Source: an uncultured Bacteroidales bacterium
Lineage (GTDB): Bacteria > Bacteroidota > Bacteroidia > Bacteroidales > GCA-2748055
Direction of reading: 5' to 3'
DNA: 64,000 bases
Assembly (NCBI GenBank): GCA_963751705.1
Contig: CAVVVN010000001.1
Span: 493,329-557,328 of the forward strand
In this document: positions 25,366 to 35,986 of the stretch, piece after piece
Numbering within the stretch: the first letter of the stretch is position 1
Layout of the letters: every line of letters starts with the position of its first letter
The notes under the pieces: generated by a model
Seen by the model: only the letters and a program-made list of their open reading frames with translations
Told to the model about the DNA's origin: nothing
Database searches by the model: none
Program-made: the position numbers and the translations under genes

Positions 25366-26367
25366 ATGAATATTGTGAATAAATCGGAAATGGAGAAAAA
25401 GGGTTTTATAGACCTTGATGTGGATAAGTCGCTTGATATTGTTAAAGAAATCAAGCGTATGCAGAAAGAGAAGAATGCAGTGATCCTGGCACACTTTTAC
25501 CAGGAAGGAGAAATACAGGATATTGCTGACTTTGTGGGAGACAGTCTTGGATTATCCCAGCAGGCTGCAGCTACCGAAGCAGATATCATTCTATTTGCAG
25601 GGGTGCATTTTATGGCTGAAACCGCTAAAATCCTGGCACCGGAGAAGAAGGTTTTGATCCCGGATACGCAGGCCGGCTGTTCCCTGGCTGACTCCTGTCC
25701 TCCAAAAGAGTTCGCAGCATTCAAAAATAAATATCCTGAGCATACAGTGATATCATATGTAAATACGACCGCTGAGATCAAGGCGTTAACGGATATCATT
25801 TGTACCTCAACTAACGCACTTCAGATAATTGAGAGCCTTCCTGAAGATGAAAAAATCATATTCGCACCAGATAGAAACCTGGGAAACTATATACAGAGCA
25901 TCACCGGAAGAGAGATGGTCATTTGGGATGGTGCCTGTCACGTGCATGAGGAGTTCAGTCTGGAAAGGATTCTTGAACTGAAGAAGGAGTATCCGGATGC
26001 CCAGATAATTGCGCATCCGGAATGTGAAAAACAGATTTTGATTGTGGCCGATCACATTGGATCCACTTCCTCCCTGCTGAACTACACGATTAAAAACAGC
26101 GGGAATTCATTTATTGTGGCCACGGAATCAGGTATTTTACACCAGATGAGAAAAGAGAGTCCCCATAAATTATTTATTCCGGCTCCTCCAAAAGATTCAA
26201 CCTGTGCCTGTAACGATTGCAAATACATGAAACTGATCTCCCTTAAAAAGATATACAATACTTTGAAGTATGAGCTTCCTGAAATAACTTTGGAACAGGA
26301 TTTGATGGATAAAGCCAGGGGATCAATTTTAAGAATGCTTGAAATATCAAAACGTCTTCAATTATAA
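25366..26367 (+). CDS. nadA: quinolinate synthase
   Basis: ILAHFYQ, GVHFMAETAKIL and conserved Cys residues (GCSLADSC, ACHVHEEF, TCACNDCKYM). Confidence 0.92.
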   Translation: MNIVNKSEMEKKGFIDLDVDKSLDIVKEIKRMQKEKNAVILAHFYQEGEIQDIADFVGDSLGLSQQAAATEADIILFAGVHFMAETAKILAPEKKVLIPDTQAGCSLADSCPPKEFAAFKNKYPEHTVISYVNTTAEIKALTDIICTSTNALQIIESLPEDEKIIFAPDRNLGNYIQSITGREMVIWDGACHVHEEFSLERILELKKEYPDAQIIAHPECEKQILIVADHIGSTSSLLNYTIKNSGNSFIVATESGILHQMRKESPHKLFIPAPPKDSTCACNDCKYMKLISLKKIYNTLKYELPEITLEQDLMDKARGSILRMLEISKRLQL

Positions 26368-26376
26368 GTCAGCTTC

Positions 26377-27954
26377 ATGAGTAAAGGGATTAATAGATAT
26401 CTGTTTCTTCTCCTGATTTTGGGATGCTGCCATATGGCCCTGCAAGGACAGGGAGAGGAAATTGAAAATGGATTTGTCCAGATCTTTTATCCCAACAATC
26501 AGGTTTCCAGTGAGGGAACCATGAGGGATGGAAAACCAGATGGGTTCTGGCGTACCTACTATGTAACAGGAGTCATAAAATCAGAAGGAAAAAGAACTAA
26601 TTATTTGCTGGATAGTATCTGGAATTTTTATAACCAGGCAGGTGAGCTGACCGAACAGATCTCATATAATATCGGGGAGAAAAATGGATATTCCAACAGG
26701 TATAGTTACAATAATCCTCAGAATCCGGGTAGACCTACTCTGATTTCAAAGGAGTTATATGTAATGGGAAGAAAGGAAGGAGCTTCCTATTACTACCATC
26801 CCACCGGGGAATTGAAGTTAATCGTATTTTATAAAGATGGAAAGAAACAGGGATTGTCCAGAGAGTTTTCGAAGGATAGTACCCTGATCACTGTGGTGCA
26901 GTACAAGGATAATTATGTCGTGGACCGGGAACGCCTGAACAGAACGGATGAAGAGGGAAATAAACAGGGAACTTTCAGAGAGTATTACGAGAATGGTAAG
27001 ATAAAGAAAGAGGAAAACTACCTGGATAATCAACTTCATGGTTATTATAGAGAGTTTGACGGAAAGGGAGAATTACTTATGGCCCTTCGTTATGAACGGG
27101 GTCAGATCATGGAGGAAATTGACGAGGATCTGAGAGAGCTGCTGGATATGAAGAGCACCTTTGATTCGGAAGGAAGACTCATTTTTACAGGAGGATATAA
27201 GGAGGGTGTGCCTGTGGGAATCCACCGCTTTTATGACACCACAGGGGTGGTAGAAAATGCCCATCTCTATAATGAGCTGGGCCAGAAGGTTTCGGAGGGA
27301 ATTATTGATGAGCAGGGGAATAGAAAGGGTAGCTGGACCGATTTTTACCCGACTGGAGAAGTGAGGGCAAAAGGAAATTATTTAAATAATCAGCGCTCCG
27401 GAGATTGGACCTACTATTTTAAAAAAGGAGGAATTGAGCAGAAAGGAAAATTTGAACGTGACCGATACCGGGGAATTTGGATATGGTATTATCCCAATGG
27501 GAACAAATGGAGAGAGGAGAGTTATTTTAATGGAAGAGAGGATGGTCAGTTTGTGGAATACGATCCTGTTGGAAATATTCTTACCAAGGGAAATTATATT
27601 GGTGGGGAAAGAGAAGGGGAATGGATCTACCAGGTTGGGGATCATGAGGAGCGCGGCAGTTATGTCATCGGACTGAGAGAAGGTGTTTGGAGGTATTATT
27701 ATCCCGATGGGGAATTGAAATATGAGGGTGTTTATTCACAGGGGAATCCAGATAAAAGACACAAATATTACTATCCGGACGGGACCCTGAAGGAGGAGCA
27801 GTATTATGAGCTGGGCATCAGAGAGAAAAACTGGAAAAAGTATGATACAGAAGGGAACCTGGTCATGACCATCACCTACAAGAACAATGAAGAGTTAAGG
27901 ATCAATGGAGTCAAACTCAAACTCCCTGATAGTGATATAAAATTAATTCGCTGA
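26377..27954 (+). CDS. secreted MORN-variant (YwqK-type) repeat protein
   Basis: Signal-like LFLLLILGCCHMALQG, then more than 12 copies of the G-x-W-x-x-YY-x-G pattern (GFWRTYYVTG, GVWRYYYPDG, ...). Confidence 0.75.
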   Translation: MSKGINRYLFLLLILGCCHMALQGQGEEIENGFVQIFYPNNQVSSEGTMRDGKPDGFWRTYYVTGVIKSEGKRTNYLLDSIWNFYNQAGELTEQISYNIGEKNGYSNRYSYNNPQNPGRPTLISKELYVMGRKEGASYYYHPTGELKLIVFYKDGKKQGLSREFSKDSTLITVVQYKDNYVVDRERLNRTDEEGNKQGTFREYYENGKIKKEENYLDNQLHGYYREFDGKGELLMALRYERGQIMEEIDEDLRELLDMKSTFDSEGRLIFTGGYKEGVPVGIHRFYDTTGVVENAHLYNELGQKVSEGIIDEQGNRKGSWTDFYPTGEVRAKGNYLNNQRSGDWTYYFKKGGIEQKGKFERDRYRGIWIWYYPNGNKWREESYFNGREDGQFVEYDPVGNILTKGNYIGGEREGEWIYQVGDHEERGSYVIGLREGVWRYYYPDGELKYEGVYSQGNPDKRHKYYYPDGTLKEEQYYELGIREKNWKKYDTEGNLVMTITYKNNEELRINGVKLKLPDSDIKLIR

Positions 27955-27961
27955 TTAAGGC

Positions 27962-28981
27962 ATGGAAGAAGATTTTGAATTCAGGGGAAAGAGTTTATCG
28001 GAAACGGACCTGGAAGTTGAAGCCCGCTTAAGACCTACGGTTTTTTCAGATTTTGATGGCCAGAAAAAGATCGTGGAAAATTTGAAAATCTTTGTAGAGG
28101 CTGCCCGATTGCGGGATGAAGCACTGGACCATGTTCTTCTGCATGGACCGCCGGGTTTAGGAAAAACAACCCTGGCGCATATTATTGCCAACGAGATGCA
28201 AGTAGGTATTAAGATTACCTCCGGACCCGTTCTTGATAAACCGGGCGATCTTGCTGGCCTTCTGACCGGACTGGAAGAAGGGGATGTACTTTTTATTGAT
28301 GAGATCCACAGGCTTTCCCCCATAGTGGAAGAGTATCTCTATTCCGCGATGGAGGATTACTGCATCGACATTATGATTGATAAAGGGCCAGCAGCACGTT
28401 CGGTACAGTTGACGCTGCAACCTTTCACCTTAATTGGAGCCACCACCAGGTCCGGCTTATTAACCGGTCCTCTTCGGGCCAGGTTCGGAATCAACTCCTT
28501 GCTGGAGTATTATGACGCAGGAATACTTACGGGTATTGTAAAAAGATCATCTGGGATCCTGAAAGTGGAGATCCATAGCGATGCTGCTGTTGAAATTGCT
28601 TCCAGGAGCCGGGGAACTCCAAGAATTGCCAATGCCCTGTTAAGGAGGATCAGGGATTTCGCACAGGTGAAAGGGAATGGAATTATTGATATGGAGATCA
28701 CCAGGTATGGACTGGATGCATTAAATATTGACCGTTCCGGCCTGGATGAAATGGACAATAAGATCCTGATAACCATTATCGATAAGTTTCAGGGGGGGCC
28801 GGTAGGACTGAACACCATTGCTACGGCGGTGGGAGAAGAGGCCGGGACCATTGAAGAGGTGTATGAACCTTTTCTGATCAAGGAAGGCTACATCAAGAGA
28901 ACGCCCAGGGGAAGAGAGGTTACCAGAAATGCCTATGAGCACCTCGGGAAATATAGGGATAGTCAGAACTTTTTATTTTGA
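27962..28981 (+). CDS. ruvB: Holliday junction branch migration helicase RuvB
   Basis: Walker [19 protein letters not shown], Walker B FIDEIHRL and sensor [12 protein letters not shown]. Confidence 0.95.
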   Translation: MEEDFEFRGKSLSETDLEVEARLRPTVFSDFDGQKKIVENLKIFVEAARLRDEALDHVLLHGPPGLGKTTLAHIIANEMQVGIKITSGPVLDKPGDLAGLLTGLEEGDVLFIDEIHRLSPIVEEYLYSAMEDYCIDIMIDKGPAARSVQLTLQPFTLIGATTRSGLLTGPLRARFGINSLLEYYDAGILTGIVKRSSGILKVEIHSDAAVEIASRSRGTPRIANALLRRIRDFAQVKGNGIIDMEITRYGLDALNIDRSGLDEMDNKILITIIDKFQGGPVGLNTIATAVGEEAGTIEEVYEPFLIKEGYIKRTPRGREVTRNAYEHLGKYRDSQNFLF

Positions 28982-28990
28982 TATTTTATA

Positions 28991-28998
28991 TATATTTG
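28991..28998 (+). promoter_or_regulatory. -7 box TATATTTG upstream of the small membrane ORF
   Basis: Exact TAnnTTTG, 24 nt upstream of ATG 29023. Confidence 0.4.
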
Positions 28999-29022
28999 TG
29001 AGGAACTGAAACGGAAGCAATT

Positions 29023-29196
29023 ATGTTACACAATTTAATTAAGAATGCAGGTCTGCTGGTTATACTTATTGGTGTAATCTTTTTAGGTATTGTGGTATTT
29101 ACCGGGATGCAAACAAATGCCTATCTTATGCTTAGCCTGGTTCTTGTGGTTGGAGGTCTGCTCGCCCATATTATCATCAACAGGTTTGTTGACTGA
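29023..29196 (+). CDS. 57-aa two-TM small membrane protein (absent from ORF track, below its length cutoff)
   Basis: Hand translation: MLHNLIKNAGLLVILIGVIFLGIVVFTGMQTNAYLMLSLVLVVGGLLAHIIINRFVD*. It fills an otherwise empty 224-bp gap and has its own -7 box. Confidence 0.5.
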   Translation: MLHNLIKNAGLLVILIGVIFLGIVVFTGMQTNAYLMLSLVLVVGGLLAHIIINRFVD

Positions 29197-29205
29197 TTTT
29201 TCAGG

Positions 29206-29907
29206 CTAAATATTTGCCATATGCTTCAATCCTGGCTTGTCCAGGATTTTTATTTTGCGGCCGTTTATTTCAATATATCCCCTGGATTTAAATTCCGATA
29301 ACAGCCTGATAATTGATTCTGTTGCTGTGCCGACGATATTGGAAAGCTCTTCACGGGTGAGTGAAAGTTTAAGTACACCCAGAGAGTCTTCTCCGAATTC
29401 TTCATCCAGATGTATTAAAATTTCGGCCAGCCTTTCCTTCACAGTTTTTTGAGCTATATCGGTAATATACGAGTTCGCCTCTCCAAGCTCTTTGCAGGTT
29501 AACTTCATTAATTCTACTGCAAAATTGCCGTTGGTCTTTACCAGATTAAGCAGTATTTCGGTGGATATATTACAAAGAAGGGCATCCTCAATTACCTCTG
29601 TGGTGGTGCAGGCAGGCTCGTTGCTTACCACGGAACGATAACCAATGATATCGCCTGCTTTGGCAAAACGAATGATCTGTTCTTTCCCGTCAAAACCGGT
29701 TTGATATATTTTAATAATCCCCGATCGAACACAATAGAATCCTTTCATGCGGCTCCCCTGCCGGTACACGATTGAACCTCTTTTGTGGCTTTCTGTTATC
29801 TTGTTGAGCATGATCTCCTGTAACTCCTGTTCTTCCAAGTGACGAAAAAGAGTATGTGTACGGAGAGAGCAGGAATCACAGCTCATGGCGAAAAGATTGT
29901 CATCCAT
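29206..29907 (-). CDS. Crp/Fnr-family transcriptional regulator
   Basis: cNMP-binding fold (GFYCVRSGIIKIY...FAKAGDIIG) and C-terminal HTH LTREELSNIVGTATESIIRLLSEF. N-terminal C-x2-C (MSCDSCS); alternative start at 29886. Confidence 0.85.
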   Translation of the reverse strand: MDDNLFAMSCDSCSLRTHTLFRHLEEQELQEIMLNKITESHKRGSIVYRQGSRMKGFYCVRSGIIKIYQTGFDGKEQIIRFAKAGDIIGYRSVVSNEPACTTTEVIEDALLCNISTEILLNLVKTNGNFAVELMKLTCKELGEANSYITDIAQKTVKERLAEILIHLDEEFGEDSLGVLKLSLTREELSNIVGTATESIIRLLSEFKSRGYIEINGRKIKILDKPGLKHMANI

Positions 29908-29946
29908 CCTGAAATTGTATAATTTTCAAAAATAATTAAATATCAA

Positions 29947-30378
29947 TTGAAAAACAGCGCAATGAAAGAAACAATCACAGCGAGATGGCTCAGCGACCTG
30001 GCCTTTGAAGCAGAAGTGGACGGACATAAAATATATATGGATTCATCCATGGAGCATGGAGGGAAGAATACAGGACCAAAACCTAAACCCCTGATGATGG
30101 TAGCCCTGGCCGGTTGTACAGCGATGGATGTGGCGGCCATACTGAAAAAAATGAAGGTGGAGCTTGAAGATTTCTCTGTGGAGGTAGAGGGAGAGGTCTC
30201 CGAGGATCACCCCAAGAGATTTTTAGGGATGAAGGTCATTTACCGGGTGAAAGGAAAAGACATCAACCGGAAGAACGTGGAAAAAGCCGTGAACCTCTCT
30301 TCAACCAGGTATTGTGGGGTATCAGCCAACTACAGTAAAGCCTTTCCCATTACCTACGAAATAATCATGGAGGAGTAG
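29947..30378 (+). CDS. OsmC-family peroxiredoxin-like protein
   Basis: GPKPKPLMMVALAGCTAMDV and SSTRYCGVS contain the two conserved Cys. Alternative start at 29962. Confidence 0.82.
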   Translation: MKNSAMKETITARWLSDLAFEAEVDGHKIYMDSSMEHGGKNTGPKPKPLMMVALAGCTAMDVAAILKKMKVELEDFSVEVEGEVSEDHPKRFLGMKVIYRVKGKDINRKNVEKAVNLSSTRYCGVSANYSKAFPITYEIIMEE

Positions 30379-30380
30379 GC

Positions 30381-31400
30381 TTAATAGGCCGCTTTGAATT
30401 GCTCCAGGAAGCGCAGATCATTTTCAAAATAGAGGCGAAGGTCTTTTACCTGGTATTTCAGCATGGCTACGCGTTCGATGCCCATGCCAAAAGCAAAACC
30501 TGTATATTTTTTCGAATCTATACCATTAAATTCCAGCACATTAGGATCGACCATGCCACACCCAAGGATCTCCAGCCAGCCCGTGTATTTACAAACATTG
30601 CACCCCTTTCCGCCACAGATCTGACAACTGATATCCATCTCCGCCGAAGGTTCTGTGAAAGGAAAGAAAGAGGGACGCAGGCGGATTTCCACGCTTTTTC
30701 CAAACATTTCCCGGGCAAAATGAAGCAGGGTTTGTTTCAGGTCCGCAAAGGATACATTCTCATCAATATATAGCCCTTCAACTTGGTGAAATATGCAATG
30801 TGCCCTGGCGGATATGGCTTCATTCCTGAAGACGCGGCCCGGAGAGATGGTTCTTATGGGAAGAGACTCTTTTTCCATGACCCTCACCTGCACGGAGGAG
30901 GTGTGTGTGCGGAGCATGATATCTGGATCTTTTTCAATGAAGAAGGTGTCCTGCATATCCCGGGCCGGATGTTCCGGGGGGAAATTTAAGGATGAAAATA
31001 CATGCCAGTCATCTTCAATTTCCGGACCCTCTGAAATGGTATACCCCAATCTCCCAAAAATAGAAATGATTTCGTTTCGAACAATAGAGATGGGGTGCCT
31101 TGCTCCGATGAGGTGCGGCGGACCAGGAAGGGTAAGATCCCGGGTATCCTTACTGCCGGATTCTTCTGAAATATGAGCCAGAAGAGTATCTACCCGTTCG
31201 CTCACAAACTGCTTCAGGTGATTGATCTTCTGCCCCACCTCTTTCTTCTGGTCGGCAGGAAGTTCCTTGAAATTCCTGAACAATTCGGTAAGCGCTCCCT
31301 TTTTACCCAGATATTTGATTCGGAACTGTTCCACCTCTTCTCTGGTTTCAGCCCGGAACTCTCGGGCTTCTTCCAGGAGTCTCGCAATCGTTTGCAGCAT
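30381..31400 (-). CDS. pheS: phenylalanine--tRNA ligase alpha subunit
   Basis: FPPEHPARDMQDTF, class II motifs FRNEAISARAH and GFAFGMGIERVAMLKY. Confidence 0.95.
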   Translation of the reverse strand: MLQTIARLLEEAREFRAETREEVEQFRIKYLGKKGALTELFRNFKELPADQKKEVGQKINHLKQFVSERVDTLLAHISEESGSKDTRDLTLPGPPHLIGARHPISIVRNEIISIFGRLGYTISEGPEIEDDWHVFSSLNFPPEHPARDMQDTFFIEKDPDIMLRTHTSSVQVRVMEKESLPIRTISPGRVFRNEAISARAHCIFHQVEGLYIDENVSFADLKQTLLHFAREMFGKSVEIRLRPSFFPFTEPSAEMDISCQICGGKGCNVCKYTGWLEILGCGMVDPNVLEFNGIDSKKYTGFAFGMGIERVAMLKYQVKDLRLYFENDLRFLEQFKAAY

Positions 31401-31420
31401 ATCTGATTGAATTAGAGATA

Positions 31421-31428
31421 CAAAAGTA
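31421..31428 (-). promoter_or_regulatory. -7 box TACTTTTG (minus strand) upstream of pheS
   Basis: The plus strand reads CAAAAGTA. The box is 20 nt upstream of the pheS ATG (31400). Confidence 0.4.
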
Positions 31429-31440
31429 TAAAAATCCCTC

Positions 31441-32121
31441 TTATTTGATGAGGGAAATCGAATAGATTACATCCTCCAGGGGGCGGTTATAGTTATCGAC
31501 CGCTGTGGAAGCGATGGCATCAAGCACCTCCAGACCCTCTATCACTTCTCCAAAAACGGTATACGCCCCGTCCAGGTGAGGGGTTCCTCCCAGGGAAGTA
31601 TATACCCTGGCACTCTCTTCGGTGAAGCTTGCCCTCCCACTCTGGCTTAGGATATTGATTTCCTCCGGGGTAAGCACTCTCCCCTGTACCAGGTAAAACT
31701 GAGAACCTGATGAAGCTTGTTCCGGGTTTACATTATCCCCTTTTCTTGCAGCAGCGAGAGCTCCCTTTTTGTGTATCAAATCTTTATGAAATTCTGCAGG
31801 AACGGTATATCCGGGACCTCCCGATCCCAGCCTCTGACCTTTTTCAGCTCCTGTGGAATGGGGATCTCCCCCCTGGATCATAAAATCTTTGATAACACGG
31901 TGAAAAAGTTGGTCCCTGTAAAACCCTTCGTTTATCAATTTGATCATATTGTCACGGTGAGCCGGGGTTTCATTGTAGAGTTTAATCAACATGTTGCCCA
32001 TAGTAGTCTCTATTTTTATCCATGTTTCATCCTGACTTTTTTGAGCCATTGCGGGAATTGCGGATAAAAAGATGATCATTACCACGGAAACAAAAGATAC
32101 AGACAAACAATTCTTCCTCAT
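31441..32121 (-). CDS. cyclophilin-type peptidyl-prolyl isomerase, secreted
   Basis: Signal-like N-terminus; FHRVIKDFMIQGGDP, SQFYLV and VFGEVIEGLEVLD motifs. Confidence 0.9.
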   Translation of the reverse strand: MRKNCLSVSFVSVVMIIFLSAIPAMAQKSQDETWIKIETTMGNMLIKLYNETPAHRDNMIKLINEGFYRDQLFHRVIKDFMIQGGDPHSTGAEKGQRLGSGGPGYTVPAEFHKDLIHKKGALAAARKGDNVNPEQASSGSQFYLVQGRVLTPEEINILSQSGRASFTEESARVYTSLGGTPHLDGAYTVFGEVIEGLEVLDAIASTAVDNYNRPLEDVIYSISLIK

Positions 32122-32153
32122 TTTTGATGTATTTTTAATATAGAATAGTTCTG

Positions 32154-32161
32154 CAAAGATA
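32154..32161 (-). promoter_or_regulatory. -7 box TATCTTTG (minus strand) upstream of the PPIase gene
   Basis: The plus strand reads CAAAGATA. The box is 32 nt upstream of ATG 32121. Confidence 0.35.
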
Positions 32162-32167
32162 GAATGA

Positions 32168-34462
32168 ATGTTGAAAAAGTATGTTATTATAGGTTTAGTA
32201 GCTTTACTGCCGTATACGGTTCTGGGTCAATCTGTGGGTCTTGTGCTTAGCGGCGGGGGATCTAAAGGTTTGGCACATATTGGAGTGATCAAGGCCCTGG
32301 AAGAAAACAGAATCCCCATTGATTATATAGGAGGAACCTCCATGGGCGCCATTGTGGGTGCCTGTTATGCCATGGGGATGAGGACCGATGAAATCATGGA
32401 GATCGTGCGCTCGGATGATTTTCAGTACTGGATGCAAGGTATTCTGGAAGATAAGTATAAATACTATTTCAAGGCAGATGAACCCGAACCTGATATTATT
32501 AATGTGGGAATCGATCTGAAGGATACGGTTCCGAAAACCAGATTACCCCTGAGCGTGATTCCCAACCACCTGATGGACTTTGCTTTTATGGAGATTTTTT
32601 CCAGGGCCAGTGCAGCTGCGGGATATGAGTTTGACAGCCTGTTTATTCCATTCTTATGCAACGCCGTTGATATAAGCAACAACCGTGAAGTTGTATTTAG
32701 AAAAGGCGATCTGACCCAGGCTGTCAGAGCCTCCATGACCGTTCCACTATACTTCCGCCCCATTGTGATAGAAGGGAATATTATGTATGATGGTGGGATT
32801 TATAATAATTTCCCGGTTCAGCATGTGCTTGAACATTTCAATCCGGATGTAATCATTGGCAGCAAGGCTGCAGAGGGAAATACTCCTCCAGATGAATTTG
32901 ATATTCTGGCGCAGATTGAGAACATTGTCATGAAACCGTCCAATTATAATATTGATGCGGACAAAGGACTTTTGATCGATATGGATTTCAAGAAGCAATC
33001 TCTTCTTTCTTTTGATAAGCTGGATGAATTTGTGGAGGTGGGTTATAAAACCACCATGGAAAAGATGGATAGTATTAAACTGCTTGTCCACAGAACGGCC
33101 GAAGATACCGCAAGCCTGAATCGAAGACGGGAGGTATATGTAAACAGCTTTCCGGAACTTCGCTTTAATGAGTTTGAAATAGAAGGATTAAATGATAGCC
33201 AAAAACAATATGTGGAAATGAGTATCCGGAAATCAGATTCTATTCTGGGTATAAGGGAAATGAAACGGGAGTTTCTGAAGCTATCTAATGATAAAAGTTT
33301 GTTCTATCTCTATCCGAGAGCGATATATAAGACTGAAGACAGTTTGTTTACTATGAATCTCAGGATCATCCCACAGGCCCCGCTGGAAGCCAGGTTTGGC
33401 CTCTTTTTCTCCACTACCGGGTTGGCACAGACCTACTTGGGATTCAGTTACAGGCAGATTTCTGAACTTAGCACGCACCTAAAGGGTAGTGTACAGTTCG
33501 GACGTTTTTATGATGGTGTAAACCTGGGTTTCAGATTTGATTATCCAGCCAGAATCCCGGTTTTTTTCAAGGGGACCTTCAATTACAACGGATATAAATA
33601 CAACACCTATAATACTAACTTCTTTTTCAAGGACCTGAAACCCTCTTATATCACTGAAGATGAACTCAATTTCAGGTTTGATGTGGGATTTCCATATAAG
33701 ATCAACGGGATTATTAAAAGCGGAATCGGAATCGGAAGGAACAGGGAAATTTATTACATGACCAAAGATTTTTCTTCCACCGACACCTCTGAGGTTTCCA
33801 ATGTAAATAAGGTTTCTCTCTATTTTGCCAGCGATAGAAATACTTTGAATAATAAGCAATTTGCCACCGAAGGAACACACCGGGAACATGCCATAAGGGC
33901 CGGATATGGAATGGAATCCTATCTTCCCGGTTCCACTGCCCTGGAAGAGAATAATAGTAGATCCAGTTACTACTGGGTATCGGCAAGAGTCAAAAATTGT
34001 GGGTTTATTCCTGTTTCATCCACGGTTTCACTTGGGTATTATTTTCAGGCGGAGGCTACGTTTAAACCTCTGCTGAACAATTATTATTCAACAATTATTG
34101 AAGCGCGGGTTTTTCAACCAAATATGATTACCAGGGGGCTGTTTATGGAACATTACCGGGCACACCAGTTTCTGGCGGCCGGAGTGATGCCGGTGTATAA
34201 TTTTTCAAAACAGCTTCATGCCAAAGTAGAAGCCTATGCCTATTTTCCGGTGCAGGAAATTTTCAGGGATGTGAATAATAAGGCATATTTAGGCAGTTAT
34301 TTTAGGAGCATGAAAACCATGTTTTTCGGGTCACTAAATTTTGTCTCGGTTGCCGGACCGGTATCCCTGCAACTGGGATATATAACTGATGAGGAAAATC
34401 CATGGATTGTCCAGCTAAGTTTCGGCTACCTGCTGTTCAATAAAAAATCGACCGACGAGTAA
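32168..34462 (+). CDS. patatin-like phospholipase fused to an Omp85-like beta-barrel (PlpD/type Vd-like architecture)
   Basis: Oxyanion SGGGSKG, nucleophile GGTSMGA (GxSxG) and catalytic MYDGG. The C-terminal ~400 aa is an aromatic-rich strand pattern ending LSFGYLLF. Confidence 0.8.
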   Translation: MLKKYVIIGLVALLPYTVLGQSVGLVLSGGGSKGLAHIGVIKALEENRIPIDYIGGTSMGAIVGACYAMGMRTDEIMEIVRSDDFQYWMQGILEDKYKYYFKADEPEPDIINVGIDLKDTVPKTRLPLSVIPNHLMDFAFMEIFSRASAAAGYEFDSLFIPFLCNAVDISNNREVVFRKGDLTQAVRASMTVPLYFRPIVIEGNIMYDGGIYNNFPVQHVLEHFNPDVIIGSKAAEGNTPPDEFDILAQIENIVMKPSNYNIDADKGLLIDMDFKKQSLLSFDKLDEFVEVGYKTTMEKMDSIKLLVHRTAEDTASLNRRREVYVNSFPELRFNEFEIEGLNDSQKQYVEMSIRKSDSILGIREMKREFLKLSNDKSLFYLYPRAIYKTEDSLFTMNLRIIPQAPLEARFGLFFSTTGLAQTYLGFSYRQISELSTHLKGSVQFGRFYDGVNLGFRFDYPARIPVFFKGTFNYNGYKYNTYNTNFFFKDLKPSYITEDELNFRFDVGFPYKINGIIKSGIGIGRNREIYYMTKDFSSTDTSEVSNVNKVSLYFASDRNTLNNKQFATEGTHREHAIRAGYGMESYLPGSTALEENNSRSSYYWVSARVKNCGFIPVSSTVSLGYYFQAEATFKPLLNNYYSTIIEARVFQPNMITRGLFMEHYRAHQFLAAGVMPVYNFSKQLHAKVEAYAYFPVQEIFRDVNNKAYLGSYFRSMKTMFFGSLNFVSVAGPVSLQLGYITDEENPWIVQLSFGYLLFNKKSTDE

Positions 34463-34481
34463 GAGAGGCCTTGGATAATGC

Positions 34482-34489
34482 TACTTTTG
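34482..34489 (+). promoter_or_regulatory. -7 box TACTTTTG upstream of the flippase-like gene
   Basis: Matches TAnnTTTG, 19 nt upstream of TTG start 34509. Confidence 0.35.
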
Positions 34490-34508
34490 CAGAAACCTAA
34501 GCTGCATT

Positions 34509-35981
34509 TTGAAGAATCCCATTAAACAACTATTTGGGCAGACGGCTGTATATGGACTGGGGATCGTATTGCCCCGCCTGCTTAACTACTTGTTACTAAC
34601 CCCATTTTATACACGAGTATTTGATAGGGCCACTTACGGAATAGTCACCGAGCTCTACGCTTACGTGGTCTTTCTTCTGGTGATCTTAACTTATGGCATG
34701 GAGACGGGATATTTCCGCTATGCCAGTAATTCAGCACAAAAGGCCAAGGTCTACAGTACCGTCATCAGCTCGCTATTTGTCAGCTCCCTTCTTTTTATTC
34801 TGCTTGTTCTTTTCTGGTCGGGGTCCATCAGCGCTGTTATGGGGTATGAATCGCATCCGGAATATATAAAATGGCTGGCAGTAATCGTTGGAATTGATGC
34901 TTTTACAAGCATTCCTTTCGCAAGGATACGGCTTCTAAATAAGCCACTTAAATATGCATTGATCCGAATAGTGGAAGTATCTATCAATATTGGACTGAAC
35001 CTCTTTTTTCTTCGGTATTGTCCCCGGCATGCCGAGTCGGAGCTGGTCTCTCTCTTGTATAATGAGAACATTGGTGTGGGATATGTTCTGATCTCCAATC
35101 TGATTGCTTCCTCCATTAAACTTGTATTACTGGTGCCAGATATCCTGGTGGCCTTTCAGGCCAGGTTTGACTGGAAGCTGTATAAAGAAATTCTCAAATA
35201 TTCATATCCCCTGCTTATCGCCGGATTAGCAGGAACAATTAATGAAGCCCTGGACCGTATTCTCTTAAAGCACTTAATACCCTTGGACCAAAATCCCATG
35301 GAACAGCTGGGAATATATGGGGCAAACTACAAGCTTGCGGTATTGATGACCCTTTTTGTACAGATGTTTAAATATGCTGCCGAGCCTTTCTTTTTCTCAA
35401 AATCGGGCGAAAAGGATGCAAAGAAGCTTTACGCAGACGTTATGATGTTTTTTGTAGTCTGCGGATTATTTATTTTCCTGCTGGTCAATCTGTATCTGGA
35501 TTACTTTATTCTATTTATTGGCTCCGATTTCAGGGAGGGAGTACAGATTGTGCCGGTAGTGCTTTTGGCCAATCTGGTCATGGGGATTTTCTTTAACCTG
35601 TCTATTTGGTATAAATTGACCAATAAAACACGATTTGGAGCCGTTCTAGTATTGCTTGGAGCCGTGATAACAGTGGTCATAAATACGCTGTTCATTCCCA
35701 GGTATGGGTTTGTGGCCTCGGCATGGGCCCATCTGTTTTGCTACAGCACCATGGTAATCCTTTCTTATATTTGGTCAAGAAAGCATTATGCCATCCCCTA
35801 CCGGGCAGGAAGGATCATGATATATATCGCCATAGCCCTGTCTATATATCTTATCAATACACTATTTTTGCAGGATATTGGGGGACCGGGTGACTTGTGG
35901 GCACTGTTGTTGTTGTCGGTTTTCACAGTGGCCGTCATCTGGGGAGAAAGGAGCACGTTTAATCAATATAAAAGCACATAG
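34509..35981 (+). CDS. MOP-superfamily polysaccharide/oligosaccharide flippase (Wzx-like)
   Basis: About 12-14 TM segments, and N-terminal [26 protein letters not shown] typical of this family. TTG start. Confidence 0.72.
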   Translation: MKNPIKQLFGQTAVYGLGIVLPRLLNYLLLTPFYTRVFDRATYGIVTELYAYVVFLLVILTYGMETGYFRYASNSAQKAKVYSTVISSLFVSSLLFILLVLFWSGSISAVMGYESHPEYIKWLAVIVGIDAFTSIPFARIRLLNKPLKYALIRIVEVSINIGLNLFFLRYCPRHAESELVSLLYNENIGVGYVLISNLIASSIKLVLLVPDILVAFQARFDWKLYKEILKYSYPLLIAGLAGTINEALDRILLKHLIPLDQNPMEQLGIYGANYKLAVLMTLFVQMFKYAAEPFFFSKSGEKDAKKLYADVMMFFVVCGLFIFLLVNLYLDYFILFIGSDFREGVQIVPVVLLANLVMGIFFNLSIWYKLTNKTRFGAVLVLLGAVITVVINTLFIPRYGFVASAWAHLFCYSTMVILSYIWSRKHYAIPYRAGRIMIYIAIALSIYLINTLFLQDIGGPGDLWALLLLSVFTVAVIWGERSTFNQYKST

Positions 35982-35986
35982 TATTT

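Noticed and set aside
26377-27954. MORN/YwqK-type repeat protein, a family often labelled 'toxin-antitoxin system YwqK family antitoxin'. It could hint at a TA or polymorphic toxin locus.
   Set aside because: It has a signal peptide and no toxin-like or Rhs/LXG neighbour, and is packed between nadA and ruvB with 9-nt and 7-nt gaps. This points to a repeat-scaffold protein, not an immunity gene.
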